A DNA stretch of 64,000 nucleotides, taken from positions 496,001-560,000 of the forward strand of contig JBNJNM010000023.1 of the NCBI GenBank assembly GCA_052426225.1, read 5' to 3'. This document shows positions 50,401 through 62,300 of this stretch, in pieces (position 1 is the first letter of the stretch; the number at the start of each line of letters is the position of its first letter). Origin of the DNA: Zancudomyces culisetae HAW-14-8. Taxonomy: Eukaryota; Fungi; Kickxellomycota. Both the position numbers and the translations under genes were made by a program. The notes under the pieces were generated by a model that was not told where the DNA came from, searched no databases, and saw nothing but the letters and a program-made list of their open reading frames with translations.

Positions 50401-52970
50401 CTTAAAAAAACTAACGCTAAACTATCAAAAAATACGATAAGGTCAATTAGAAAAGAAGCAAAATTACAAAAAACTCTTGAAAGATCATAATGTAAAAAAG
50501 AATATATTGAAGCAAATAAGGATTAGGAAGAGAAGATAAAGGCCGCTCAAAGGAAAGCATAATAAGTGTTTTAAGATGTAAGCAGATTTCTGGAAAATGA
50601 CAAGCCTAAGCGATCATGGAACTGGATAAAGGTGAGAACAGAAGAGGAAACTCGTCAGTAAACAGTGGATCTGTGCATGACAAACAGGAAGAGCTGGTGA
50701 CAGAAGAAGACGCCAAGAAAAGAATTTGCTAAACCATTTTGGGGATCTCGCTAAAGACTACACGGGCAATAGCAGAGATCCCACAAAGTGGAATAGAATG
50801 AATTTTGTACACCAGGCGGACGTCAAGGCTGTGAGATGTAATAAGTTGGGATGAAATTAGGGAAGTCCTAAAAGATACCGCAAACAACAAAGCAGCAGGG
50901 ATAGACGGGATCATAAACGAAATATGGAAGCTGGTACAGGATGAGGAGGAACCGACCTCGCCGTTAGCACTAGCGGTATGCAGAATGGTAAGCAGGATAT
51001 TCGACAAAGGAGAAATCCCAACGAGGTGGTGTACCAGTATAGTTGTACCGGTGCCCAAAAAGGGGGACCTTACAGACCCCAACAACTATCGGGGCATTTC
51101 ACTCATTCCAACCATGGTTAAACTTGTTGCAAAGATAGTTGCAACAAGACTCAACAAGGAGGATAACAGAGTGAAGCTGTTAGCAAAGGAACAAGCAGGC
51201 TTTCGCAGCCGTGAAGAGTGTGTAGCGCAAGCAACAACTCTTTATGAAATTGTCAGAAGAAGGAAATTGAACAAACAAGAAACATGGATAGCGTTTATTG
51301 ACTTTGCTAAAGCCTATGATAAAGTGGCCCAAGAAGCACTACTAACTAAACTAAATGCTGCTGGAATAAGAAAAAATTACCTGAAACTTATTAAGGGATT
51401 ATATAAAGCACCTAAAATGTGCGTTCGAGTCGGAGGGGAATTGTCCCCAGTCGTAAACTATGATTGCGGAGTTAGACAAGGTTGCCCGTTGTCACTGTTT
51501 TATTTGATGTATACATTAACAATATTTAATAAAATAAAAGGGGTAACAGTACCAGGTCTACCTAATGTGGAACGTCTATTACCTACTAGGGTACCGGGCT
51601 TGCTTTTTGCTGACGACCTAGTGGTGCTAGCTGAAACACCAGTAGATATGGAAATATCTTTAAATATTATTAGTGAATGAGCTGAAAATTTTGAAATGTC
51701 AGTAAACGCTGGAAAATGTGGAACTATGGCAATTAACACAGAAAAAAAATTTTCACTTAAGATTCAAAATAATTTTGTTACAATCGTTGAGAGATATAAG
51801 TATTTAGGAATTATTTTATGTTAAGTGGGAATCTTCAGAAACAATTAATAATAATATGAATAAACTGAAAAGGCTTTATATGGAGATTATTCATTTTTAA
51901 AAAATATTAGTATACCAATTGCAATAAGATGCAAATTTATAAAAGCGGTTTTGCTACCCATAGGAGGGTACGGAGGCGAACTCTTTGGAATGAGCGAAAT
52001 TCGAAGTAAGAAAATTCAGACAGTAATTGACAATGTGATGCGAACGATGATGAGAGCGGGTAAATCTGCAGCATTGAATAGATTGCGAAATGAACTGGGA
52101 ATTCCCACAGTAATTTTAAAAGCTAGTGCGGCACGGGAAAGAGCAATTCTGAAATGGCCGACACTGAAAACATATATTGCAGATTTAATTTTAAACCCAA
52201 TGTCAAACAGATCCAACACTTGGGTTACGGGGAAGAAAAAATGGATGAAAAAACATATTGGATCGGAGAGGGACAAAACAGCGAGAAGCGTACTATTAGA
52301 ACGATACTCTCATAATGACAAGTCTAAAATCTCGAGATGGTTATTAGACAGGAATCTCGAGGGAATGAGCAATTGGATTTACCTACAACTTATATACCCT
52401 GAGCATAAGCAGGGGCTTATGGAGATATGAAGAATAAGAACAGGTAGGTTCTGGACAGATGAGAGCCTGGCAAAACTGGGAACAATAGATGAAAAGTTCA
52501 AGACCAGGTGCCCATTTTGTAAAAAAAATAGCGCAGAAACCATTGAGCACATGTTACTGGACTGTAAATACTGGGCTGGAGTTAGGTATAAAACTCTGGA
52601 ACGTATCCCAGATATGTCAATTATAGGAAGTGAGGAGAGAGGTAGTAGTGAAGGATGGCGGAATTTTTTTGTAGGGCGACTCCTTGGAGGGGAGTCAAAA
52701 AGAATGGTTACTCTTTCCGTTAAGAAGAGAGAAACCGAAGCACCGTCTTTGGTTGAGCTGGTAACGGCACAATTTTTGGACGGAATATGTCGAACGAGGA
52801 TGCTAATCTTAGACCGACTTAGATCAGAAACAACCTCCTTGAACCAACGCCCGGTGGGTATGGAGTCCCTAGAGGGACAGAGTGGATTTGGTTAGATTGG
52901 TATTTTGTAGGATTATTATTTAATAGTTTTATGTGATATGTATTTAATAAATTTAACTAACAAAAAAAAA
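47420..52970 (+). mobile_element. Near full-length decayed APE-type LINE (ORF1 + ORF2)
   Basis: ORF1 fragments from 47492 with a degenerate zinc knuckle (GHWKNDCP). Endonuclease remnants (LLWNI; SDHLPV near 50180). RT 50985-51780 (NYRGISL, EQAGFR, DFAKAYD, GVRQGCPLS, FADD), C-terminal CPFC...ETIEHMLLDC and poly(A) 52962-52970. 5' boundary approximate. Confidence 0.92.
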
Positions 52971-53064
52971 TACAAGATATTGAAAAGTGTAGCCAGTTTA
53001 TGATGTTAATGACAGTTAGATTCTGGTATACTAAATTCTGTTAATACTGTATCACTGGGATTTA

Positions 53065-53228
53065 TTATTGTTTTGAGTTGATGAATTCATAAACGGATAA
53101 TAAATATACAACAAAAAAATAATCCTTCACAATAACTATTTTACCAACTCCCCTTCATTCCACTAGGGACTCCATACCCACCAGGTGTTAGTTCAAGACT
53201 ACTCGACCCAGTAAAATTACCTTCATTG
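53065..53228 (-). mobile_element. 3' end of a related LINE, tail-to-tail with the previous one and interrupted by an LTR element at 53229
   Basis: Reverse complement contains GGTGGGTATGGAGTCCCTAG, identical to 52853-52872, plus a similar 3' UTR. Confidence 0.8.
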
Positions 53229-56200
53229 TGTTACGGGCTGGATGATACTGGGTATATTTAACAAGATTGGAAAACTTAAGGTATCAAATTAATATAATTC
53301 TATTGGTAAATAAAGGATTCTGAGTGAAATCTATAATAATTTGGTTATAGGACATAACATTACTCATCTCCTATGACTTGTCCGGTTTTGTAATAATTCT
53401 GAATTAGATGGTTCAATTTTTTCGTTTGATCTGTGGTTGGAATGATTCGTATCGTTCCTTATTTTTTAGAAAAGATTTTTGAAATTTTTAGTTATAAAAA
53501 AAAATATTGCATAGGATTTTCAGAAAAAAAATTTTAGTAAATTTATAAATATCGGTTTTTCCTTGAGGTATTTCATATAATCTTTAGTGGCAATTTAAAG
53601 ATCCAAACTAATTGTTTGTGGTTCACAAGTTGGAGTTTTCCGGTAATCGGTGTAAGGCGTCGGCAGGTGAGCGATGCTAGGAAGAGGGAAGGTCAAGTTT
53701 GAACCTATTGGTTCAAAGCACTTTATGTGCGGCGCATCGGTGCATGGTCACAATCGAGCGTCTATTGACTGGATCGTAACCCTTTTGGGCTTCTTGGCTA
53801 GCTGAGATCATGTTATCATGTGGCCTGCAACGGAATCTTATGGCAACCGGAAATATTTTCCTTTTTTTATTTTTTTTTTTTTGACATTTTCTTTTCTTGC
53901 GCTTTTTTTTTTTGATTTGGATTTTATTTTTTCAAATATATTTTTTATTTTTTTATGTTTTTAATAAACAGTGGTTATTTATTATTCTTTGTTCAGTTCA
54001 GTTGTTCCCTGGTTTATTTGGGTACTTCTTGTGGAATTCTTTGATTTTTCTTTCAGCATTAATGTGTTCTATTAGTACCCATGATTGTTCGGATTGGTCG
54101 AATCCTTTCCAGTCCACGAGATAGTATAATTTGTTCTATACCAGTTTCGAGTCCAGTATGGATTTCACTTCCTGTTCTTCCTGGCCATTGACTAATATTG
54201 GTGGAGGTGAGACGGGAATGCGGTCAGGGATAGTGTTTTGTTTATACTTAGAAAGAAGTGATACATGAAAAGTTGGGTGTATTTTCATGGTTGCGGGGAG
54301 GTCGAGTTTGTACGTTACAGGATTGATGATGCCGATGATTTTAAATGGCCCTAATCGCTTGTGATCCAGTTTTTTGCTAGGCCTTGCTGTAGCGATGTTC
54401 TTACTGTTCAGCCATACATAATCTCCTATCGCGAAGCTTGGTCCTATCTGCCTTTGTCTATCAGCGAACTTCTTTGCACTTTTGGACGCTTTCTTGATGT
54501 TTGAGACGAGGTTTTTGTGGGTATTGCGGATCACCTTGATTCTTTCTTCCGCGTTGGGTACTGTGTATGATTTGATAAGTGGAGGGTCGAAGCGGGGGTG
54601 ATAGCCATACATTGCAAAGAATGGTGTGGATTTTGTAGCTGAGTGGACCGAGTTGTTGTATGCGAATTCTGCAACGGGGAGTAGCTCGGCCCAATCATCC
54701 TGGAGATGGGAAGTGAAGCAGCGGATGTACTGTTCTAGGGTTTGGATCACCCTTTCGGTTTGCCCATCGGTTTCTGGATGAAAAGCAGTGGATAGTTTGA
54801 TTTCTACTTTGAGGAGTTCGAACAATTTTTTCCAGAATCTCGAGGTGAACTGGCGACCTCTATCCGAGATGATCACTTGTGGGAGGCCATGGCGTTTATC
54901 AACATTGTTAATGAATTCTGATGCGGTGGTTTCAGAGGTAGGGACCTTTTTAAGAGGGATGAAATGTCCCATCTTTGTAAAACGGTCGACGACTACCATA
55001 ATTGTTGTGAACTGGCTTGACGGGGGTAGATCGGTTATGAAATCCATTTTAACTGATGCCCAAGGTGAGGTAGCGGCTGGTAGAGGTATTAACATGCCGT
55101 ATCTCTTGTGGCGGGGGGTCTTAGATCTGTGGCAGGTGTCGCATGTCTTTATATAGTCCTTGACATACTCGCGCAGTTTTGGAAACCAGAAGTCGCGCTC
55201 GATCAGTACAATGGTATTTCTAGTTTCATAGTAGCCTGCTGGACCGCTATCATGGCGGGATCGGACGATGTCTAAGCGTAATGCGTCTGGAATTACAGCT
55301 CTGTTACCTATACATACCATGTTATCTTGGATACGGGCTAGTTCTTGACTGTGTTTGAGACTGTAGCGGGATGCTCTGTCTAATAGCTTTTGTAATTGGT
55401 TCCTGAATTCCTGGATGATCTTTGTTCTGATGTCACTAGATAGTATACTAATAGAGTCTATGAAGTGTTTCAAGGGTATGATATTTCCTCCGTGTGTGAC
55501 TTCGGACTTGTGACCTGGGAGCCTGGATAGTGCGTCGGGTTTAGTTCCTTGTGAACCGGGTCTGTACGTGATGATGAAGTCGTATCTGCTTAAGTGGAGT
55601 GCCCATCTGGCGTGTCTCTGGTTTAATGATTTGCTTGTTTGAATGTTTCTAGGTTTTTGTGGTCGGTAAGGATTAAGAATGGAATTTTTGCGTCCTCCAA
55701 GTAGTGACGCCATACTTTAAGAGCATAGTCTATAGCCAACATCTTGTCATAGATGTTGTAATTGCCTGTGTCTTGTCAAATTTGTACGAGAGGAATGCGC
55801 AAGGTCTGTTGTTCCCTTCGTCGTCTACCTGAGATTGGACTGCTCCCAGTGCGTAGTCAGAGGCGTCTGTTTCTACGATGAACTGTTTATCTGGGTTGAG
55901 GTACATGAGAACAGGAGTGGACGTCAGCTTGGATTTCAGTTCCCGGAAGGCTTTTTCTGCTTCGGGATTCCACTTAAACACAGTGTCTTTTTTCAGCAGG
56001 TTGGTGATCGGGATAGCTATTCTGGAGAAATTGGGGACGAACTTGCGGTAGTAATTGGCAAACCCTAAGAAGGACTGTATTTCCTTGATACTAGTTGGGG
56101 GTTTCCATTCCTTAACGCATTTTACCTTTTCAGGGTCAGTGGAGATACCCTTGGATGAGACTACATGTCCTAGGAAGTCCTCTTCTTGGACATGGAATTG

Positions 56201-59076
56201 ACATTTTTCCAGTTTACAGTACAGGTGGTTTTCCATGAGTTTGCTTAGGACATTGCTGACGTGAACCTTGTGGGTTTCGAAGTCGTCAGAGAAGATTAGG
56301 ATGTCGTCGAGATAAGCTATGGCGTAGTGGTCTAGCACGTCTCTAAGGACGTCGTTAATGAAGTGCTGGAAGGTGGCTGGTGCATTTGTGAGTCCAAATG
56401 GCATGACCTGGTACTCAAAATGGCCATATCTACAGCGGAATGCTGTCTTCCACTCATCTCCCTTCTTTACACGGATCAGATTGTGAGCACCTTTGAGATC
56501 AAGTTTGTGAAAAACTTGGCAGTGCGGAGGCGGTCGAAAGCTTCATCTATACGGGGCAAGGGGTGTCTGTTCTTGACTGTAGCATTGTTAAGTTTACGGT
56601 AGTCTACACACAGTCTGAGGTCTCCAGATTTTTTCTTCACAAACATGATGGGTGCTCCAGCTGGTGATGATGATGGGCGTATGAACCCGTTGGCGAGGTT
56701 TTCGTCGAGGTAGCTTCTTAACGCTTTCAGCTCTGTTTCTGAGAGCGGGTAAATTGGACCCCAAGCGGGGGATGTGTTTTCCTTGAGCTTGATGTCACAA
56801 TCGTAGGGGCGGTGTGGTGGGAGATTGGATGCAGCGGATTCGTTGAATACCTCTTTGTACTCCGTGTAAATTATTGGGATTGGTTCTGGGGTTGTGGGAA
56901 GTTTGGTTAAAGATGGCGATTCTGATGGTTTGGTGTCTTGAGGCGTAGTTTCTGGTGGACTAGGATGTGGTGATTGTGATTGGCTAGTGGTTTGAGGAGT
57001 GGTGATTTCAGTACGTGGTAAATGCTGGATAGGTGGTCGGGGTGGTAGTGATTTGGTAGGAAGAGATGACTGGTAAGGCTTTGCAGGTGGTTCAGATGTT
57101 TTGGGTGGGGTCTGGGGCGAGTAGTTGGTTGGGTTGAGGAGGTAGTTCATGTGGCCAAACATTTTTGTAATGAGTGGAGATGGGTTACTGTTGTTGAAGA
57201 CTTGCAAGTCTGCGAAAGAATCTGTTGTTCGGGTAGGTGTAGATTTGGGGGTGTCGGGTGGTGAGATTTTGACCACTTCCATTTCGTGATCACTATCAGA
57301 GCAGTCAGATGTGCTGTCTAGGTTCATATGAGTATCTGATTCCGATATTTCTGAGTCTGTGTCCATTTCTGCGTCAGATAGTGCGTTCAAGTCTTTGTTG
57401 GCGGAGAACATTTCCTCATCCGAGTCTATTTCGGAATTGGTCTGGGCTGGTTTGAGGAATTCGGAGAACTGATTGACTATGTTTCTTAGCGTCTGAGTGT
57501 TCTTAGGAGTGAGTACGGAGTCGATTTTTTCTGTTGGTAGGCATTTTCTGCGACAGTAGGGGGAGCTGAAGGTGATGTTAAGTGATTTCCAGTTGATGTT
57601 AGGTGCGTGCCTTTGGAGCCATGGTAGTCCCAGTATGATGTCGGCATGGGTTGCAGGGATGACGTACAGGTCGATTTTTTCGGCGTTGTCATTGGCTATT
57701 TCAAGGGTGACAGAATCAACGTATTGGTTTATACCGTTGGGAAGCAGCGGATTACCATTAATTGTTTCGACTGGAATGGGTGATGTCAGTGTGAATGGCA
57801 TGAGGTGGTATTTCTGTACGGCATCGGAGCTAATGAAATTTTCTGAAGCGCCACTATCAATTAGTGCCGCGACGGTGTGAATTTTATTCAAAACTATACA
57901 AATTAGAAATCTAGTAGAATAATTTTTATTGGTGGTGGAGCCCAGTAGTAGTTTCCCTTTTACTGCTGGGTCTGGCCTTTTAAATCACCAGTAATGTGAT
58001 CTTCCGATATGAGTGTGTTCACGGTCTGGCGCGGGGTTCTGAGAGGGCAGTTGCGGATAATGTGATCTGGTTGTCCGCAATACATGCACAGTCTGTTGGT
58101 GATCCTGCGGTTGCGTTCTTCTGGAGTCAGTGGACCGCGTGGTTTGGAGACGACAGCGTCGACATCCATCATTTCGGGTGCTGGGAGTGGTACGGGGGGT
58201 GGTGTTGGGAATGATGTTTGGCGGGGTTCTGGTGGTGGCTGGTAGAACCTTTGCTGAGATTGGTACTGGTATTGGAACATGGGTGGCGGTGCGAACTGGC
58301 AATATTGGCGGGAGCTGCTGTATTCCCGGCTGGAATCGGCGTAACTCAAGTTCGCTTGGATAGTGTTTTCCATTTTTACCACATGGGTTATGATTTCTTC
58401 TAAAGTCCCTGGTGACTCATAATCGAGGAGGTGATGGTTGAGGCGGGGTGAGAGACCAATCCGAAAGGCGTTGATTGCCGCGAACTCGTCGAAACCGCAG
58501 ATTTGTACCAGGCTGCGGATTTCTACAGCGTATTCAAAGGCTGAACGTCTTCCTTGGCGGCACTAGTTTAGCTGATAAAAGGCTCTTGTTGTCCTGCCGG
58601 GGTCTGAGAAGCATTTTTTGAACAACGCAAGAAATTCTTTGTATTCCTTGGTTTCTATTGATCCTTTGGCTCTGAGGATGTCAAACCACTTGGAAGCTGA
58701 TAAACCAGATTTTTAAGTGATCTGTTTCAAACATATCGGGTCTCGCCCAAAATTGATTTTCTATGGCTGAGAGGAAGTCATGGAATTTTCTTGGGTCTCC
58801 ATTGAATTTGTCGATATCTGGCACCTTAATTTGGTATAGTTGATCATTGGTTGCTTTGTGGTATTGGCTGGCGGGGTCTTGGTACTGTTTGTTATGTTCT
58901 TGACGCTGGTTGGCTGGCTCATTTTTCTGGTTGGTAAAAAAGTTTTCCAAAATGTTACGGGCTGGATGATACTGGGTTTATTTAACAAGATTGGAAAACT
59001 TATGGTATCAAAATAATATAGTAATATTGGTTAAATAAAGGATTCTGAGTGATATCTATAATAATTGGGATATTGG
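53229..59076 (-). mobile_element. Near-complete chromovirus (Ty3/Gypsy) with 131-bp LTRs (53229-53359 and 58953-59076)
   Basis: gag ~58950-57960 with CMYCGQPDHIIRNC, protease LIDSGA, RT YLDD, RNase H, integrase and chromodomain remnant (EQEVKSILDS). PPT AGGAGATGAG precedes the 3' LTR. The 5' LTR lacks its outer ~8 bp because of an insertion at 59077. Confidence 0.93.
57941..57984 (-). promoter_or_regulatory. Predicted -1 ribosomal frameshift signal (gag-pol)
   Basis: U_UUA_AAA in the gag frame (57984-57978), a 7-nt spacer, then stem CCCAGCAGTA/TACTACTGGG. The -1 frame is open into the protease ORF. Confidence 0.8.
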
Positions 59077-59307
59077 TGTTATGAATACTCATGTATCATA
59101 ACAGTATTGTATATTTAATACAATATTAATTAATTAATATAAATGATATTACATGTGAATCATTAATAATATTTAATTTAAGTTTATATTATTTAATTAT
59201 TTTAATATAAGTTATATACATTAATAATGATACACATGATTAATATATAATGTATCTTCATTCTTATTGTGTATATTAATGATGTATGTTTAATAATTTA
59301 TTATAAT
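59077..59307 (+). mobile_element. 5' part of an LTR of the 45027-45510 family, inserted in an LTR and itself interrupted at 59308
   Basis: TGTTATGAATACTCATGTATCATAACAGTATTGTATATTT aligns with the reverse complement of 45510-45290. Confidence 0.85.
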
Positions 59308-62300
59308 TGTCAGAATGACATATCTCCACACTTTCCCCACATAAATAAGATTATATTTGTCTCACAATATTATGGAGTTAATTTCAGACACATAGTATTG
59401 GTTATAAATAACCACATATAAATTATATAAGATACTACACCATTAATTGTTATAGTAAATTTCATATATAACCCTAGCTAAAAGATTTTATCGCAACTCA
59501 GCGATAAAATCATATTTCATAGTCCATAGTAATTTAAGCTTATAATAATAAAGTTACCTTAATATATTCTTGACAGTATTTTATCACTTGTAATTAACTT
59601 AACTTTATTAAAATCAAGAACAGTTACATCACCATGCCAAACAGCGACATCTCTGATGCAATGGAAGAACAACTTCCAATAATTGACAACCAAGATATTA
59701 ATGTGATAACCGAGGAACTTAATAAGCTAAGATTAGAAAATGCAAGTTTGAAACAAAACCTAACTATTACACCTACTAAGATTGCTCTACCAGAAAAATT
59801 TAATGGAAATAGAACAGAGTACCGCGGATTTATCAATCAGTGCCAATTACTATTTTTAATGAACCCACAACAGTATTCAACTGATATATCAAAAGTCGGG
59901 CTTATTATTTCGCTTCTCACAAATGATGCACTGAATTGGGCATCACCAATAGTAGAGAAAAATAACCAATTATTATTGAATTATTCTCTATTTATTACTG
60001 AAATGGCGAAAATGTTTGACGACCCCCAAAGATATAAGACAGCAGATATTGCAATTAGGAAACTGAAACAAGGTACCAATTCAGTAGCAACATATGCTTC
60101 AAATTTCAGAAGAATAGCTATGGACCTATCTTGGAATGATCCCCCATTAATTTCCCAGTTCGAAGCAGGCCTTAATGAAGAAGTTATAGATGCTTTAACT
60201 CAATTAGGACATATTAATACATTAGAATTATTCATTGAAGCAGCAATTAAAGCAGATATCAATATCATCATGAGAAAAGAGAAAAGAGATAATAGAAATA
60301 AAAACAACTATTATCCAACAATAACTCAACATAAAAAGGTAGTACAACCGGAAGAAAGAGATAGGAGACTAAAACTTGGATTATGCTTCTATTGTGGAAG
60401 TCAGGGCCATTTGGCACAACATTGTCCGGAAAAGATAAAGAAGGCAAGACAATCAAACCAACAGTTTCAGACCTAGGAGGAGTGGTAGATCTGAAACAAC
60501 ATAAACAACTCTCTCCTAACAAATTATTATATTCAAATCTAGTTCACACTATATATACCACAGTCACCAGTCAACCATCTCAACAACTAATAATCAATAT
60601 CACTTTAAGTATAGGTAAATTTAAATTAAAAACAAAATCAATGGTTGATACAGGAGCCACAGGATACTTCATGGATAGTCAGTTTGCCAAAAACAATAGG
60701 ATCCAAAATTATATTAAACAAATACCTACGAAAGTTGAATTTATCGATGGTTCTGAAAACCCTTCGGGACCTATAACTACTGAAACTCAAGTATTATCTT
60801 TAACTATTAATAACCACCATGAATTTATCATTTTTGATCTTTTGCCTATTAAACACGCAAACATAATCTTGGGACTACCTTGGCTCTACGAACATAATCC
60901 CCTTATTGACTGGCGAGATTCTACTATTTTATTCAATGATATATATTGTAAAAGATACTGCTTATTAAAAAATAACAATTTATATAAAAATGACAAAATC
61001 GTAAACTCTAACATAAAAATAACAAAACAATATAACAACAAAAAAACTATAAAAGAACAGGAAAAGTTACAAAAAAAATACTACTCACCAAACACTCAAG
61101 AAATATTTATAAATAATAACAACATCTCAATACCAACTTTTAATGAAACAGTAAACAAGGATACTGAGACTAACTTAGAAAATTTAAATACTAAACAAAA
61201 TATCTATTTACCCAAAGATAACACTAAAGTCAATTCAACTGAAAATAGAAACAAAAATAACTTTAAGAACAAAATTGAAAATGTTAAAGACAATGGCATT
61301 TCCCCTCATACATCAAGCAACCTGAAAAGTACTATAAATAATCCAACTGAAAAAACAAGCTCCAAATACGTATTAAATAAAAATACAACTACAGTTACTT
61401 ATACAACAGAAAATAACACCACAGATTATGAAACTACATACCATAAAACTACAGACCATAAAACTACAGACCATAAAACTACAGACTATGAAACTACAGA
61501 ATATAAAACTACAGACTATGAAACTAACGAACAAAATTTTACTACTATGGACACAAAAAATAATGAAAATCCGGAACTGGACATCATAGAAATGAAAACC
61601 ACAGCAAAAGCAGATACGAATGACACTACTAGAGACATTGAAATTATAGACAATAAACCAAATGAGAAGGAAACTATAATAATTAATACTAATATTCAAG
61701 AGATTAGTCATCAAGAAGAAACCGAGAAAGAAACTATACATCCCAAAACTATAGATTATAATAGTGAGGAACCCACATTAACCAATACAAAAAATCCAAA
61801 TGTAGATATGGAAGATGTGGACATGGAAGATATAGAAAATAGTGAAGAATACCAGGATGAAGTACCAATGATATACGAATATTACCCAATTTGGGAAGAA
61901 AAAATGTATACAGATAACTATGAAAAAGATAAAATGTGTAGTCAATCCATTAGACTAACTACTCCACCTCCAGCAATACCAATAGTACCTCAAAAAAGAA
62001 AATATTATACAGATGAATTAGAGTTACTGTCACCACTAAAGAAAAACAGATTTAATATAGCCCACATAATCGGGATTATTCAAAACCCATCTATAGAATT
62101 CGAAAAAGAAATATTACCTCAAATTCCAAACGAATATATGGACTTAAAAACAGCATTTGACAAACAACTAGCAAACAAATTACCACCGCATAGGCCATAT
62201 GATTGCCCAATAGAATTATTACCTAATTCAAGCCCCCCTTACAGACCCATATACTCACTATCTCCAAAAGAATCGAAAACGCTAAATGAATATATCCAAG

